Source: Armatimonadota bacterium (GTDB taxonomy: Bacteria; Armatimonadota; UBA5829; DTLH01). From it: a stretch of DNA of 64,000 bases. The notes beneath the pieces are model-generated. The model had not been told where the DNA came from, made no database searches, and worked only from the letters and a program-made list of their open reading frames with translations. Where the stretch lies: NCBI GenBank assembly GCA_039679675.1, contig JBDKUN010000059.1, positions 127,608 through 191,607 of the forward strand, given 5' to 3'. The position numbers were made by a program, and so were the translations under genes. How positions within the stretch are numbered: position 1 is the first letter of the stretch; every line of letters begins with the position of its first letter. Below are positions 1-10,500 of the stretch, one piece after another.

Positions 1-368
1 ATTGTCCCATCATACAGCACAGGAAAAGTACTTATCGGACTATCTTTAGATGGAGATAATGTATCAGAGTCGGACTTTTCACGTCCATAGTGCAAATCCA
101 CTCTTCCCCTTACATCTACAACGAGCAAATCGCCGGGGCCAATAAGATAATCCGGGGATAAATAATAAGCTGAACGCGTGCTGTCATCAAGTGAAAGGGA
201 TTTCAAATCGGATGAGATGCTAATTCTATCGCCTGACAGGTCTACCGGGGCAACCACAGTCGGCTTGCTGGCAGTATCGCCGGAATCCGTCTTCTGAGAA
301 AGCGCAGCCGGAACTGCAACAATGGTTACAAGCAATAAGGCCAAGATATATGCTCTTCCCAAGCTCAA
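1..368 (-). CDS. Partial CDS (N-terminal part; the C-terminus runs off the window start): polysaccharide export protein, Poly_export/Wza-like
   Basis: Minus-strand translation from a TTG near 368 gives LSLGRAYILALLLVTIVAVPAALSQ (signal peptide) followed by ...YLSPDYLIGPGDLLVVDVRGRVDLHYGRE..., matching the Poly_export motif (Y-L-I-G-P-GD-L-L-V-V-V). A GAGGTG RBS lies just upstream (plus 372-377). No stop occurs before position 1. Confidence 0.4.
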   Translation of the reverse strand, partial: MSLGRAYILALLLVTIVAVPAALSQKTDSGDTASKPTVVAPVDLSGDRISISSDLKSLSLDDSTRSAYYLSPDYLIGPGDLLVVDVRGRVDLHYGREKSDSDTLSPSKDSPISTFPVLYDGT

Positions 369-597
369 TTTCACCTCAGATATCCCTTTTCACATTTTAA
401 CCCCGTAATATTACGGGCAACCATGGTGATCATAGTATATCAAGCCGGATAAACCAGGTCAAGCTTGACGATGAACCTGCCTGATGATATACTTTGCCTA
501 TTGCGGCGAGTGACGGAGACAGGTATAAAACTCTCCGTCATTTTAATTTATTCGCCATTACGGATCGGGCTTGGGCCCGCATTTGCAGGAGACGAAT

Positions 598-1089
598 TTG
601 ACGGAAGACGTTGACATCAAGCAGGTCGAAGAACTCGTAAAGCTGGTTGAAGAGCATAACCTTGCTGAACTGACCGTCGAAGAACACGGTACAACTATCA
701 CAGTGAAGGGCGTGGTTGAGCACCAGACTCATATCATGCAAATACCGCAGGGATCTGTCCCACATGAACTCGTATACCCGTTCGATGCTGTCGAGCATGA
801 GGAAGCATTCGAAGAGCATTCTACCGAAACGGTTGATTCATCGGACCTCATAACCATTGAATCTCCGATGGTCGGTGTATTTTACCGCGCACAGTCACCG
901 GATATCCCTCCCTTCGTCGAGATAGGCGATATTATCGAAATCGGCCAGACTATCGGACTGATTGAAGCTATGAAGGTCTTCAGTGAGATTCCGGCTGAAG
1001 TTGCGGGAGAAGTCGTTGATGTTCCCGTTGATAACGGAAAGCTGGTCCAGCAGGGACAACCTCTTATCGTCATTCGTCCCGTCCCTTAG
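598..1089 (+). CDS. accB: Biotin carboxyl carrier protein (BCCP; biotinyl/lipoyl domain)
   Basis: C-terminal biotinyl domain with an EAMK motif (GLIEAMKVFSEIPAEVAGEVV) and an acidic N-terminal region typical of AccB. The ORF track starts at TTG 571. TTG 598 is preferred because GGAG sits 5-6 nt upstream. Confidence 0.7.
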   Translation: MTEDVDIKQVEELVKLVEEHNLAELTVEEHGTTITVKGVVEHQTHIMQIPQGSVPHELVYPFDAVEHEEAFEEHSTETVDSSDLITIESPMVGVFYRAQSPDIPPFVEIGDIIEIGQTIGLIEAMKVFSEIPAEVAGEVVDVPVDNGKLVQQGQPLIVIRPVP

Positions 1090-1103
1090 GAGTTTTTAAT
1101 CAG

Positions 1104-2048
1104 ATGACAATCGTTCGATCAACCGATTTGCCGGGAGTCCAAAAGTTTATAACAGGAAAAGTCAGAGATGTATACGACTTGGGAGATTCGCTTCTTCTGG
1201 TAACATCGGACAGGCTTTCTGCTTTCGATGTCGTACTTCCAGACGGTATCCCCGATAAAGGCAAAGTCCTCACACAGCTCTCTCTTTTCTGGTTCGACAT
1301 GACTCGTGATATAGTAAATAATCATCTGATTACAGCAGATGCAGATGAGATTACCTCACGGCTGAAAAAATCTGGAATGTCGAATGCTGATGAATATCGC
1401 GAGACGCTCCGGGGCAGGTCTATGCTTGGCGTAAAAGCAAAATCCATCCCGATAGAATGCGTCGTCAGAGGCTATCTCGCAGGGTCTGCATGGAGTGGAT
1501 ACAAGAAACTCGTCGGTGAAGCCAAAGGCGCTGATTCCGTCACACTTCACGGCGTAACTCTTCCATCCAACCTTATCGAGTCCGACAGGCTTCCTGAGCC
1601 GGTTTTCACGCCATCGACGAAAGAGTCTAACGGTCATGATATAAATATCAGCGCCGCCCAGGCAAGAGATATAGTTGGAAAAGATATTGCAGACGAACTC
1701 GAACGACTGAGCCTGACAATCTATAAAAAAGCTTCCGATTACGCTCTTTCTAAGGGCATCATAATCTCCGACACCAAATTCGAGTTCGGCATACTTGACG
1801 GCAAGATCATCCTGATCGATGAAGCCCTTACCCCGGACTCTTCACGCTTCTGGGACGCCGCTGATTATGAGCCAGGAAGGTCTCAACTTTCGTTCGACAA
1901 GCAGTTTGTCCGCGATTACCTGGAAACTCTTGACTGGAACAAGACATATCCCGGCCCTGAACTGCCTGGGGAGATCATCGAGAAGACCAGCGCCAGATAT
2001 AGAGAAGCATATCGAAGAATAGTCGGCAAAGAATTGCCTGAGGGTTAG
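1104..2048 (+). CDS. purC: Phosphoribosylaminoimidazole-succinocarboxamide synthase (SAICAR synthetase)
   Basis: GKVRDVYDLGDSLLLVTSDRLSAFDVVL plus the whole-length pattern are classic PurC. An AGGAG RBS precedes the ATG. Confidence 0.9.
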   Translation: MTIVRSTDLPGVQKFITGKVRDVYDLGDSLLLVTSDRLSAFDVVLPDGIPDKGKVLTQLSLFWFDMTRDIVNNHLITADADEITSRLKKSGMSNADEYRETLRGRSMLGVKAKSIPIECVVRGYLAGSAWSGYKKLVGEAKGADSVTLHGVTLPSNLIESDRLPEPVFTPSTKESNGHDINISAAQARDIVGKDIADELERLSLTIYKKASDYALSKGIIISDTKFEFGILDGKIILIDEALTPDSSRFWDAADYEPGRSQLSFDKQFVRDYLETLDWNKTYPGPELPGEIIEKTSARYREAYRRIVGKELPEG

Positions 2049-2053
2049 AATTA

Positions 2054-2096
2054 AAAGCCCCCAGCTGGTTAAATTATCAGACTGGGGGCTTTTTTA
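2054..2096. terminator. Bidirectional rho-independent terminator between convergent purC and the glycoside hydrolase gene
   Basis: aaaaGCCCCCAGctggttaaattatcagaCTGGGGGCtttttt forms a GC-rich 9-10 bp stem flanked by an A-run on one side and a T-run on the other. Confidence 0.6.
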
Positions 2097-2100
2097 TCGT

Positions 2101-4395
2101 TTATTGAGCCATTTTCACCGGCAGAAACTCGTCCGGGTTTTTCTTTCCTGCGATACCACCGCCCCACACTGATTGCTTCAACCCGGAGCCAATATCATTC
2201 ACAAGGATCGAAACAGCAAACATCTTCTCACCAACGGGAACGAAAGGCGCAACCTCACTCCACGGAATAGCAATCTCATATACGGTTTTTTTATCGTTCG
2301 AAATAGAGCAGATTACTCTTGCGCTGCTGGCCCTCGGCTTTCCGAATAGCCTGCTAGCAGCTTGGTTAGTCCCATCTGTCGCAAATACAAACTCATGGTC
2401 ATCATCACGATACCCGCCCGACGGGGTCAGCGCACCATCCATTAATGGGTCTATTGCAACACGCACGGAGTCCCCTCTCCATATTTCCAACCCAGAATAG
2501 GGCTGCATATGGACCGGGTCATCCGTCTCTACGCCGATATAAAACGCTTTATCATCATAGGCAAACCGTGCAGTAGATTTGGGCTCCGTCCCGAATGGTA
2601 TGGAAGCAGACTTCCACTCTCCAAGACTACCGTCAACCTTTATTTGCTGCTTGTTAGCCACCGCGGGGGCAACAATATCGAAGGTTTTCACTGGCTTGCC
2701 ATCCATAAGCACCTTCGCCGGGTTCCTGCCGGTTTTGAGGCCGGGAGCTAAAGCTGTAGAAAATGTGAATGTCTCTAGTCCCAAAGGATCGATCTTCGTA
2801 TCGGCTGATGCAGGACTGATTCGCACGCCGTCAGGAAGATCAAAGGCAATGTGAGCCTCTATTTTCTCCTGGTTATGGTTTATGATGGATATACCAAATT
2901 GCGCTGTGCCCGGCATTACCAGGCTCGAAGGCATAACATTGGATTCAACAACCTTACTGGTTCCCATTTCGGTCCGATTGCTTATGCAGTAAGCGCCGCC
3001 CTTCCATTTAAATGAGAGTTTGCCTGTAAAGCACACCTGGCTTCCCGCCAGTTCATCAGGAATAGTTACCGTAAAGTCGTGTTTTATGCGTGTAGTCCCG
3101 TTCAAGACCGACGGAAGCGTACCGCCATCATCCTTAATGAGAACAGACGGATTGTCCGCCTGGAGCGCTATACTCGGCGCTTCGACCGGCTCATCCATCA
3201 CATTATAAACCTCTATGGTGAGTTTGTAGGGAATACCGGGCAGATATGTAAGAGCCGTTCCACTACCGCTTACGCTTCCCTCCATCTCTATCTTCAGGTT
3301 TGTGCCGAGAAGATCGAGTAGATCACCTTTAGGATTTCCATTGATGTCACACAGGCCGGAATTAAAGAGTGTCCGGTCTATATTTGTATCAGCAGGAAGG
3401 CGATAACCGTCGACGAGTATGTAATCTATCTTGCCGTCGCCATCCTCGTCTATCTTTTTTGCATGATCCTTATAGCTCGGCCCGATTTCATAATCACTCA
3501 TAGAATTGAAAAGAGCTCCGAGCACCCATGAAGGGTCGTAGTTTCCATCAGAAGTTGAAAGCTTTCTATAGCCATTCACGAGATAGTTTCGAAGGATATT
3601 CAACTCCCCATTCTGATCGGCGGCACCATCTACGGACTTCGGCCCCCACCCTTCTCCGACGAATATCTGTTTATCGCCATCGCCGTTTCTTTTCATTACC
3701 TGGTGGGCCGATATGATCTGATCGATATCTACACCGAGTTCAGGCTTATCTGTATACGGATGGATTTCCAGGACATCGAAGCAGCCTTTTATTCCGGCTC
3801 GGTAAAGTGCCTGCACATCTTCATCAGCTCCGCCGTAAAGATTGCCTCCGATCACCACATTACCTTTATTAACGGACTTGATTACCGGATATAGATGCGC
3901 GAGTGGCTCGACTACAAGCACCGGCCAATCAGTCCGGTTAAGTCTGTTGTACTCGCTGCCTGCTATGTGGAAATACTTTATTCCCAGCTCATTGCAATGC
4001 TTCGTAAGCTCACGAACGAACTTCTCGGCGACAACCCAATATCCATTCGGATCCTGTTGCTTGAGCTTTTCAGCCCATGGACAGGACAAATCGATGCTTA
4101 TGATCTTCGTCCGGCTGAACTCCATCATCTGATCTGAATCGAGAGCCGACCAGTCATAACTTGACCGAGGGTCCTGTTTCTCTATGTCACCCCATCTGCA
4201 GGTGATCTGAGCGCAAGTTGCATGGGAATTCTTATACACACTTACAATTGCCGTCCTTGAAGACGGACTGGCGACGTTTGATGCGACAATCCCGGCGCCT
4301 ACCATGCTCCGAACATCTACATGGTCTGTTCCGGCCATTACCGGGCCGGAAAAAAGAAGTGAGAGTGCAGTTGCTGCGGTAAGAAGAAAAGGCAC
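2101..4395 (-). CDS. Secreted putative glycoside hydrolase (TIM-barrel-like N-terminal region) with C-terminal CBM9-like carbohydrate-binding domain
   Basis: GTG start with a GGAGGGG RBS 6 nt upstream. N-terminal signal peptide MPFLLTAATALSLLFSGPVMAG. The C-terminal third (GEWKSASIPF...ARFAYDDKAFYIGVETDDP...IWRGDSVRVAIDP...YEIAIPWSEV) resembles CBM9/DOMON-type modules. The catalytic family is not assignable by eye. Confidence 0.55.
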   Translation of the reverse strand: MPFLLTAATALSLLFSGPVMAGTDHVDVRSMVGAGIVASNVASPSSRTAIVSVYKNSHATCAQITCRWGDIEKQDPRSSYDWSALDSDQMMEFSRTKIISIDLSCPWAEKLKQQDPNGYWVVAEKFVRELTKHCNELGIKYFHIAGSEYNRLNRTDWPVLVVEPLAHLYPVIKSVNKGNVVIGGNLYGGADEDVQALYRAGIKGCFDVLEIHPYTDKPELGVDIDQIISAHQVMKRNGDGDKQIFVGEGWGPKSVDGAADQNGELNILRNYLVNGYRKLSTSDGNYDPSWVLGALFNSMSDYEIGPSYKDHAKKIDEDGDGKIDYILVDGYRLPADTNIDRTLFNSGLCDINGNPKGDLLDLLGTNLKIEMEGSVSGSGTALTYLPGIPYKLTIEVYNVMDEPVEAPSIALQADNPSVLIKDDGGTLPSVLNGTTRIKHDFTVTIPDELAGSQVCFTGKLSFKWKGGAYCISNRTEMGTSKVVESNVMPSSLVMPGTAQFGISIINHNQEKIEAHIAFDLPDGVRISPASADTKIDPLGLETFTFSTALAPGLKTGRNPAKVLMDGKPVKTFDIVAPAVANKQQIKVDGSLGEWKSASIPFGTEPKSTARFAYDDKAFYIGVETDDPVHMQPYSGLEIWRGDSVRVAIDPLMDGALTPSGGYRDDDHEFVFATDGTNQAASRLFGKPRASSARVICSISNDKKTVYEIAIPWSEVAPFVPVGEKMFAVSILVNDIGSGLKQSVWGGGIAGKKNPDEFLPVKMAQ

Positions 4396-4586
4396 TGAAT
4401 ACCCCTCCTATATTTTTTATATCTTACTCAAAACGATCTGATCGGTTAATCTATAATAGCACCTGAAAGTAAATTCATAAAGCTGTTAGGACATTCTTAC
4501 ACATAATCGGTGATTTTTCCTTCCAACATGAGGGGTTTGTAATATGTAAGGAATGGCAGGAGCGTTTTCCACCCCTGCCGGGGAGA

Positions 4587-4796
4587 CTACAATTGCTGTC
4601 CACTTTTTTGCCCGGACTGTCCCATCCAGCCTGCAGAATGCTGGTTGTGGGTATACGTATTACAGTCGGCATGGTCCTGATGCAGGTTGACATGCACTGC
4701 ATCAGCGATACATTTTGTGTTTTCATTGTATGCACAATCACGCGCCGAACAAAGCACTACTTTGCCGGAATTTTCCGTTTCCATTGGCCTATCCAT
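4587..4796 (-). CDS. Small Cys-rich DUF1540-like protein
   Basis: VVLCSARDCAYNENTKCIADAVHVNLHQDHADC matches the DUF1540 pattern (C-x3-C...C-x-A-D-x-I). A strong AGGAGGTG RBS lies 6 nt upstream of the ATG. Confidence 0.45.
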   Translation of the reverse strand: MDRPMETENSGKVVLCSARDCAYNENTKCIADAVHVNLHQDHADCNTYTHNQHSAGWMGQSGQKSGQQL

Positions 4797-4945
4797 GACA
4801 TCTCACCTCCTGACCAGTCAACCGTTATATATCGCTAATCCAATCGATAGAGTCGTACCCTCGACCAATTATGATTAAACACAAGCAGTCTGACTGACGT
4901 GAACCCTAAATCCGAGATAGTTTCACAAAATTTACAATCTGTGTA

Positions 4946-4974
4946 TTTACAAACTATGCAGTAGCAGTTATAAT
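4946..4974 (+). promoter_or_regulatory. Sigma70-type promoter for the downstream cold-shock gene (TTTACA-17-TATAAT)
   Basis: TTTACA at 4946-4951, a 17-nt spacer, and TATAAT at 4969-4974. The predicted TSS near 4981 gives a roughly 125-nt 5' UTR, as is typical of csp genes. Confidence 0.5.
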
Positions 4975-5105
4975 CCAAAAGGCAGTTGTAACAAGCTGCC
5001 ATATTGTATCCGTTTAAGTGCAAGCATCTCTGTCGCATTTGGATGGCGTACTGGCATCGCCTTCGACCTTGCTTGAACTTGACGCAGCCGAAGGGGGGTT
5101 GGGGT

Positions 5106-5309
5106 TTGCTAACAGGAACCGTCAAATGGTTCAGCGACGCGAAAGGTTACGGATTCATCTCAACCAGTGATGGGAATGATGTGTTCGTTCACTACTCCGC
5201 GATAAACGGCGCTGGACGGAAAAGTCTTTTTGAGGGGCAACAAGTTGAATTCGAGGTAGCCGAAGGTCCTAAAGGCCCACAAGCTGCCAACGTTTCAATA
5301 GTGGAATAA
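5106..5309 (+). CDS. cspA: Cold-shock protein (CspA family, S1-like cold-shock domain)
   Basis: [62 protein letters not shown] carries the RNP1/RNP2 motifs (KGYGFI, VFVHY). The ORF track starts at TTG 5004, but the conserved domain begins at TTG 5106, which has an AAGGGGGG RBS 7 nt upstream. Confidence 0.85.
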   Translation: MLTGTVKWFSDAKGYGFISTSDGNDVFVHYSAINGAGRKSLFEGQQVEFEVAEGPKGPQAANVSIVE

Positions 5310-5376
5310 TCGTTGATATTTACCCCATGAACCCCCGGCCGAATTCGGCGGGGGTTCTCCCTTGTACAGTGTTTTT

Positions 5377-6120
5377 TCAAATGCTGCGGGCAAGAGTCAG
5401 TACATGAACTTCTGCAGCTCCTGCACTTTTCAAAGCACGTGCGGCAGCATCCGAAGTGCTCCCTGTAGTATATACGTCATCGATCAAAAGGACTTTCATC
5501 CCACTTATTCTTCCTGCCAATCCCGGTTCTACTTCAAAAGCACCTTCAACGTTGCTGTGCCGATCTTCCCTTTTTAGATTTATCTGCGGACGTGTCGGGC
5601 GTGTTCTATTTAGAACATTCATCAACACCGGAAGCCCAAATGCCTTTCCAATCTCTTCTGCAAGTATTTCAGACTGGTTGAACCCACGATAACGTAAACG
5701 GGCCGGATGTATCGGAATAGGGATGATACATCCGACCCGTCTTAACTGATCTCTTTTCCCTCTTAAATAATCGACGACAAACGCCGCGAGTATCGGCCCG
5801 AGTACGCGTTGACCGGAGTATTTGAACCGATGGATAGCTTCTTTCAGTGTTCCATCATAAGCGGCAACGGACCGTGCGCTGTCAAATGCATATTCTACCC
5901 TATTACATTCAAGACACGGCTTTTCGTCTACCGGGTTTCCGCAATATGAGCAAACTGGAGGCTTTATCCAGGCAATACCGGCAAGGCAATCATCGCAAAA
6001 ATACTTTGGCTGCATTTCCCCGCATACGAGACACTTCGGTGGATAGATCAGGTCGAGTAATCCACCCCAAATATCCTTCAGAAGCTGGTTATTCGCTGAT
6101 AAGGTGCCGCTGCCTTTCAT
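5377..6120 (-). CDS. comF: ComF family protein (phosphoribosyltransferase-like with N-terminal Cys4 zinc ribbon)
   Basis: N-terminal CxxC...CxxC...C-x-C pairs and a C-terminal PRTase motif VLLIDDVYTTGSTSDAAARAL. Confidence 0.7.
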   Translation of the reverse strand: MKGSGTLSANNQLLKDIWGGLLDLIYPPKCLVCGEMQPKYFCDDCLAGIAWIKPPVCSYCGNPVDEKPCLECNRVEYAFDSARSVAAYDGTLKEAIHRFKYSGQRVLGPILAAFVVDYLRGKRDQLRRVGCIIPIPIHPARLRYRGFNQSEILAEEIGKAFGLPVLMNVLNRTRPTRPQINLKREDRHSNVEGAFEVEPGLAGRISGMKVLLIDDVYTTGSTSDAAARALKSAGAAEVHVLTLARSI

Positions 6121-6135
6121 GAGCCTCTAAAATTG

Positions 6136-6987
6136 CTATACCGGATCGATTATTGTCTTCTCGACACCCTCGGAATTGCCATATGCAACCGAGAACCCCA
6201 CTTTACTGGCTGCAGCGCCCCACTCGCCTGCTTTGTTAAGCGCCATCACGCAGGATATTTTGTCTCTCATCCGTGGATCGTCCGTAACAGCCCACAGCAT
6301 AGTGGAACGGCATGCCTCCATCGGGCTTGCGCCGTGGCGCATCTCCTCGACCACGCGGAAGCTCATAGCATAGCGCATAATATCCTCGCCCTGTCCCGTG
6401 GATGCCGCCGCACCTATTTCATTGTCACAGTACAGCCCGCCGCCGCAGAGAGGAGTATCCCCCACTCTACCCGGCAGCTTGTATCTTAGTCCGCTTGTAG
6501 ACGTACCCGTGCAGATATCGCCGTTGCTGTCGATGGCAATGACGCAGACCGTGTCATGAGACTCCTCCATGTATCCGGTCTCTTTCCATTGTATCCATTT
6601 TTTTCTGCTGGTTTCAGTAAGCATATTTCTGGGCTTGAAGCCGTTTTCTATAGCAAATTGTTTTGCGCCTTCTCCTGCCAGGAGACAGTGCGGTGTATTT
6701 TCCATCACCAATCTTGCGACAGAGATAGCTTCACCTATGTCTCTCAACGACGCTACGCCCCCTAATCGCCTGCCAGGTCCCCACATCATAGCTGCATCGA
6801 GTTCAACTATACCTTCCGAGTTTGGCGCTCCGCCGTAACCGACTGTTTCTACGCTTGTATCTTCCTCGATAATCCTTATGCCGTGCTCTACGGCATCCAT
6901 TCCATTTGCGCCTGCATGGAGATGTTTCATTGTCTCAGTGCATGCAGCTACTCCGAATCTCCATGTCGCTATTGCTACTGGTTTCAA
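6136..6987 (-). CDS. Ntn-hydrolase asparaginase family (isoaspartyl peptidase / L-asparaginase / glycosylasparaginase-like)
   Basis: HDTVCVIAIDSNGDICTGTSTSGL (autoprocessing Thr region) and the GGG...GAAASTGQGE glycine-rich loop are characteristic of plant-type asparaginase/aspartylglucosaminidase. Confidence 0.7.
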   Translation of the reverse strand: MKPVAIATWRFGVAACTETMKHLHAGANGMDAVEHGIRIIEEDTSVETVGYGGAPNSEGIVELDAAMMWGPGRRLGGVASLRDIGEAISVARLVMENTPHCLLAGEGAKQFAIENGFKPRNMLTETSRKKWIQWKETGYMEESHDTVCVIAIDSNGDICTGTSTSGLRYKLPGRVGDTPLCGGGLYCDNEIGAAASTGQGEDIMRYAMSFRVVEEMRHGASPMEACRSTMLWAVTDDPRMRDKISCVMALNKAGEWGAAASKVGFSVAYGNSEGVEKTIIDPV

Positions 6988-7534
6988 CTCATCTTCCTTT
7001 CAAAAACGACCTTCAATTACACATTCATATATGCAGACAGGCATATTCTCATATGCCTGTGCTTGCACATCTATTTTGCATCACGACGGGCACTCATGGC
7101 AAGTGTTCAGCGTTGATAAATGCAACGTCTTCCATGCTGCATCAGCTCATGTATTTTAATTTGCACTTAAATATTAACATATTGTCTGTTTTAAACTTGA
7201 CAGGCAGTTTGCAATGTGGCATATTACAGTTATAAGGAAGTATACGCTTCTGGTCTACGATTTTTTCGTCGCAACCACTAATTTATCTGTGTCATATCGC
7301 CATAATTATATAGATCATCCAGCTTACCTCGTGAAACAGCTGAGTGGCCTAATATTGATAACAACTCGATTTTATCTACCATCTATTCTTAAGGATGTAG
7401 TGGCCGGAAGGAATTGACTCTGGGGCTGACCGTAACCTAAAACCAGCTATAGCGGTTGGGAAGAGGCAGCCTCGGGGTGGATGGTATCAGATAAAAATAG
7501 AAAGAACAATATCCAAAGAGGAGGCGTAAGGAAA

Positions 7535-10500
7535 ATGCGTAGAAGCAGCTATGCAGCATCAGCGATTAAATCACCGCTGGTTGTATTAGCAATAGTGGCA
7601 CTGATCCTTTGTGCCGGTGTATCATATGCACAGCTTATTGGTACCCCGGTCTGGTCAGACTATCACTATTATGTCAACGTAGACGTAAATACCGGAAACT
7701 GTGCAAGAACAGCTACCCCGGTAGAGCTGAAGATTAACTTTACCAATTATTTAAATGGTACTACATTTGATCCGAACTCTGTAAGAGTTGCAGAGTTTGC
7801 AACCAAAAATGATAGAACCAGTTCACTGAATCCAGTAGAAATCTGGAGCCAGTTTGACCAGGAATCAGGATTCGATCCAGCTGCAAATGCGGTCGGCGAA
7901 GTAGTATGGATCCTTAGAGGGGATTACGGCCATACTAATACCACATTGGATGCATCAATAAACCCTTCAAATAAAACAAGATACTACAGGGTCTATTTCG
8001 ATAACACCAACAACACCAAAGATGCCACGACCTATCCCACAGACCTCAGTTATAATGTTGATCCGACAAACACTTCATTAGTCGATATTACAAACCATTT
8101 CTATACCGCAGGTATTTGGGCTGCGAAAGATTCCATATACAAGTTGTTGAATGCACAAAACGGTGCAAATCTGTGGACTAGCACCACAGATTCCTCAACT
8201 GGATGCGGTATGTATTGGTCAAATACCATGTTTAACGCCGCAAGCGGTGAAGCAGCCGCGCAGCAGTGGGCTAATGCAGTATCGCTTGCTACTAGTGCAT
8301 CCGCTAATAAAGCGATCAGGGTTACTTATAAATCCACCAAGACTGTCAATGTCAATAGCAGTCCATGCACTTTTGATACAGTCCGGAAGTTCTACTCCGG
8401 CGTTCCTTATTTCAAGGAAGATACAACCTTTACCGCTCCATCAAACTATAACCTGTGGCATAATCTGCAGCTTCGATGGAACGACAACGGCTCAAACAAA
8501 AGGACTCGAGTTATAGAAACAACAGAGCCCAGCCCCATCGATCCTTCCGTAAATATGCCTGCAGGAATGATCTATGACTATGCTACAGACATCACAAACG
8601 GCATCGGCGGCATAGGACAATTGTTTGCCGGTTACAGCATGCCGCAGACAATCGGAACTTATTCCAGTACAGATCTCCTGTATTCTGCATATTACAATTA
8701 CACATATGGCGGCTGCTGGAGAAATATAGGGCCGTATACACCGCTATATCTGAGCCATGCGACGATGGTCAACTCTGGAGCAGATGATGCATCTGCCAAA
8801 GCTGAAGTAGAAACAGCCCTTGTAGACTACAGCACTCCTGTCGAAGTAATGATAACAGGAAGCAGCACCAACTCCACAAGCTACGGCGCCATCAAAGGCA
8901 AAGTAACTGATGCCAGCAACGCAAACAGAACAGTTAACGGCGCTATGGTAAGACTGTGGGTGAATAACACCTACTTAGGTAAGACTTACACCTCAGCACG
9001 CGGTGAATATGCATTCTCCAATGTTCCTGCAGGAACAGCGAAGCTGAGCGTCAAGACTGATGGATACGAAACATTGGTAGTAAGCAACGTGGCAATCACA
9101 GCCGGAACAGTAACTACCGATAATATTTCTCTTCCGTCTATCATATTTGATACGACCAAGTCCACGAATCTCTGGGCTGCTTCAACAACCCATAAATGGC
9201 AACTTGTCCTTGATGCGGATGTAAAACAGATAAATGCAGATCCTTCAACCACGACTCAGGCTGAGATCAATGCATTTGCCGGTCCTACTACCGAAGCAGC
9301 TACTACTGACGTCTCTGTTCCAAACGCTGCAAGTGCAATGGGCTTCTTCCCTTATGGTTGGGATGATCTGCAGACAACAGATAAGGTATATGGCTGGTAC
9401 AGAACTACAGTCAATATTCCTTCAAGCTGGACAGCAGCGAAGACCCTTAGATTAAGAGACTTTGTGGTATCTGACTCATGTGAAGTCTACTTCAACGGCA
9501 ACTTAGTCGGAAAAGCAGGCGCTTTTGGCAGTGCTGATATAACCGGCACTCCTTTGAGCTTTGTTATTCCTGCCAGCTATGTCAATACCGGATCTGGTGC
9601 GACTAACGTGCTCGCAATCAAAGTATATGACAATACAAGCACCGGCGGAATCTATGCAGGCGGCCCTACCCTTGAGGTTGCTCCTGATGTGGCAAGTGTA
9701 ACAGTGAATGTCAAGGGGCCTCAGACTTTGGGCGGATCTGCACTTCCCATCCAGGGAGCGGCAGTAACGCTTGCAGGTATCGGTTCAGGTACTACTGACG
9801 TAGACGGCAATTGCACATTTGCATCAGTTCCGGGCGATACCTATACAGTGACAGTCAATCATCCCGATTACGGAACAACGACAGCTACCGCAGATGTCCC
9901 TGAGTCCGGGTCAACTACTGTTCCTGTCACTTACGATTCATTCCTCTGCACGGTAAAAGGTACGGTCACAAGGTATGGTACACCTCTTGCCTATGCCCGT
10001 GTAGTTGTTACCGACAGTGACGGCAATACCAATACTGCTGCTGCGGACGCAACCGGCGCTTATTCTATAAAAGGTAATAAGGTTGGAAGCAGCACGATCA
10101 CAGTCAACGCATTGAATGCTGTCCCAGTAACTAATCAGCCAATTCAGCTGCAGGCAATGACCGTAACGCTGGATAATATCGATCTGGCTTACGCCACACT
10201 TCCTGTATACGATGACTTCTCAGGAACTGATCTTGATACCAGCAAGTGGCAGCTCTACAACGTAGGCACACCTACTGATGGTAGTATTCCAGTAGATTCG
10301 ACATACTCACTTGCAGATGGTATATTGACGCTCACACCAGCACCTGGTCGCGGCGGTCTCTTGAGCAAGACTTCTATGATCCCTGCGAACGGCGTAGGTG
10401 CGTATGAAGTAGCATTCAATCAGAAAGCAACCGGAACAAACCAGGGCTTTGCCCTTTTGGATCCGACATTAGATGATCCTACCAATATCAAATATGTTTC

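Noticed and set aside
538-819. 93-aa minus-strand ORF
   Set aside because: Lies antisense across the accB start and N-terminal region. No RBS, low-complexity translation. Shadow ORF.
5004-5105. N-terminal 34-aa extension of the csp ORF from TTG 5004 ([13 protein letters not shown]...)
   Set aside because: The extension has no similarity to Csp N-termini. The conserved domain begins at TTG 5106, which has a proper RBS, and the promoter/TSS predicted at about 4981 makes the region a 5' UTR.
8151-8516. 121-aa plus-strand ORF, and the other small ORFs inside 7535..12160 (8986..9252, 9234..9455, 10420..10702, 10904..11116, 11592..11807)
   Set aside because: All are embedded in alternative frames of the giant surface-protein gene, whose frame is far longer and shows domain structure. 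Treated as spurious.
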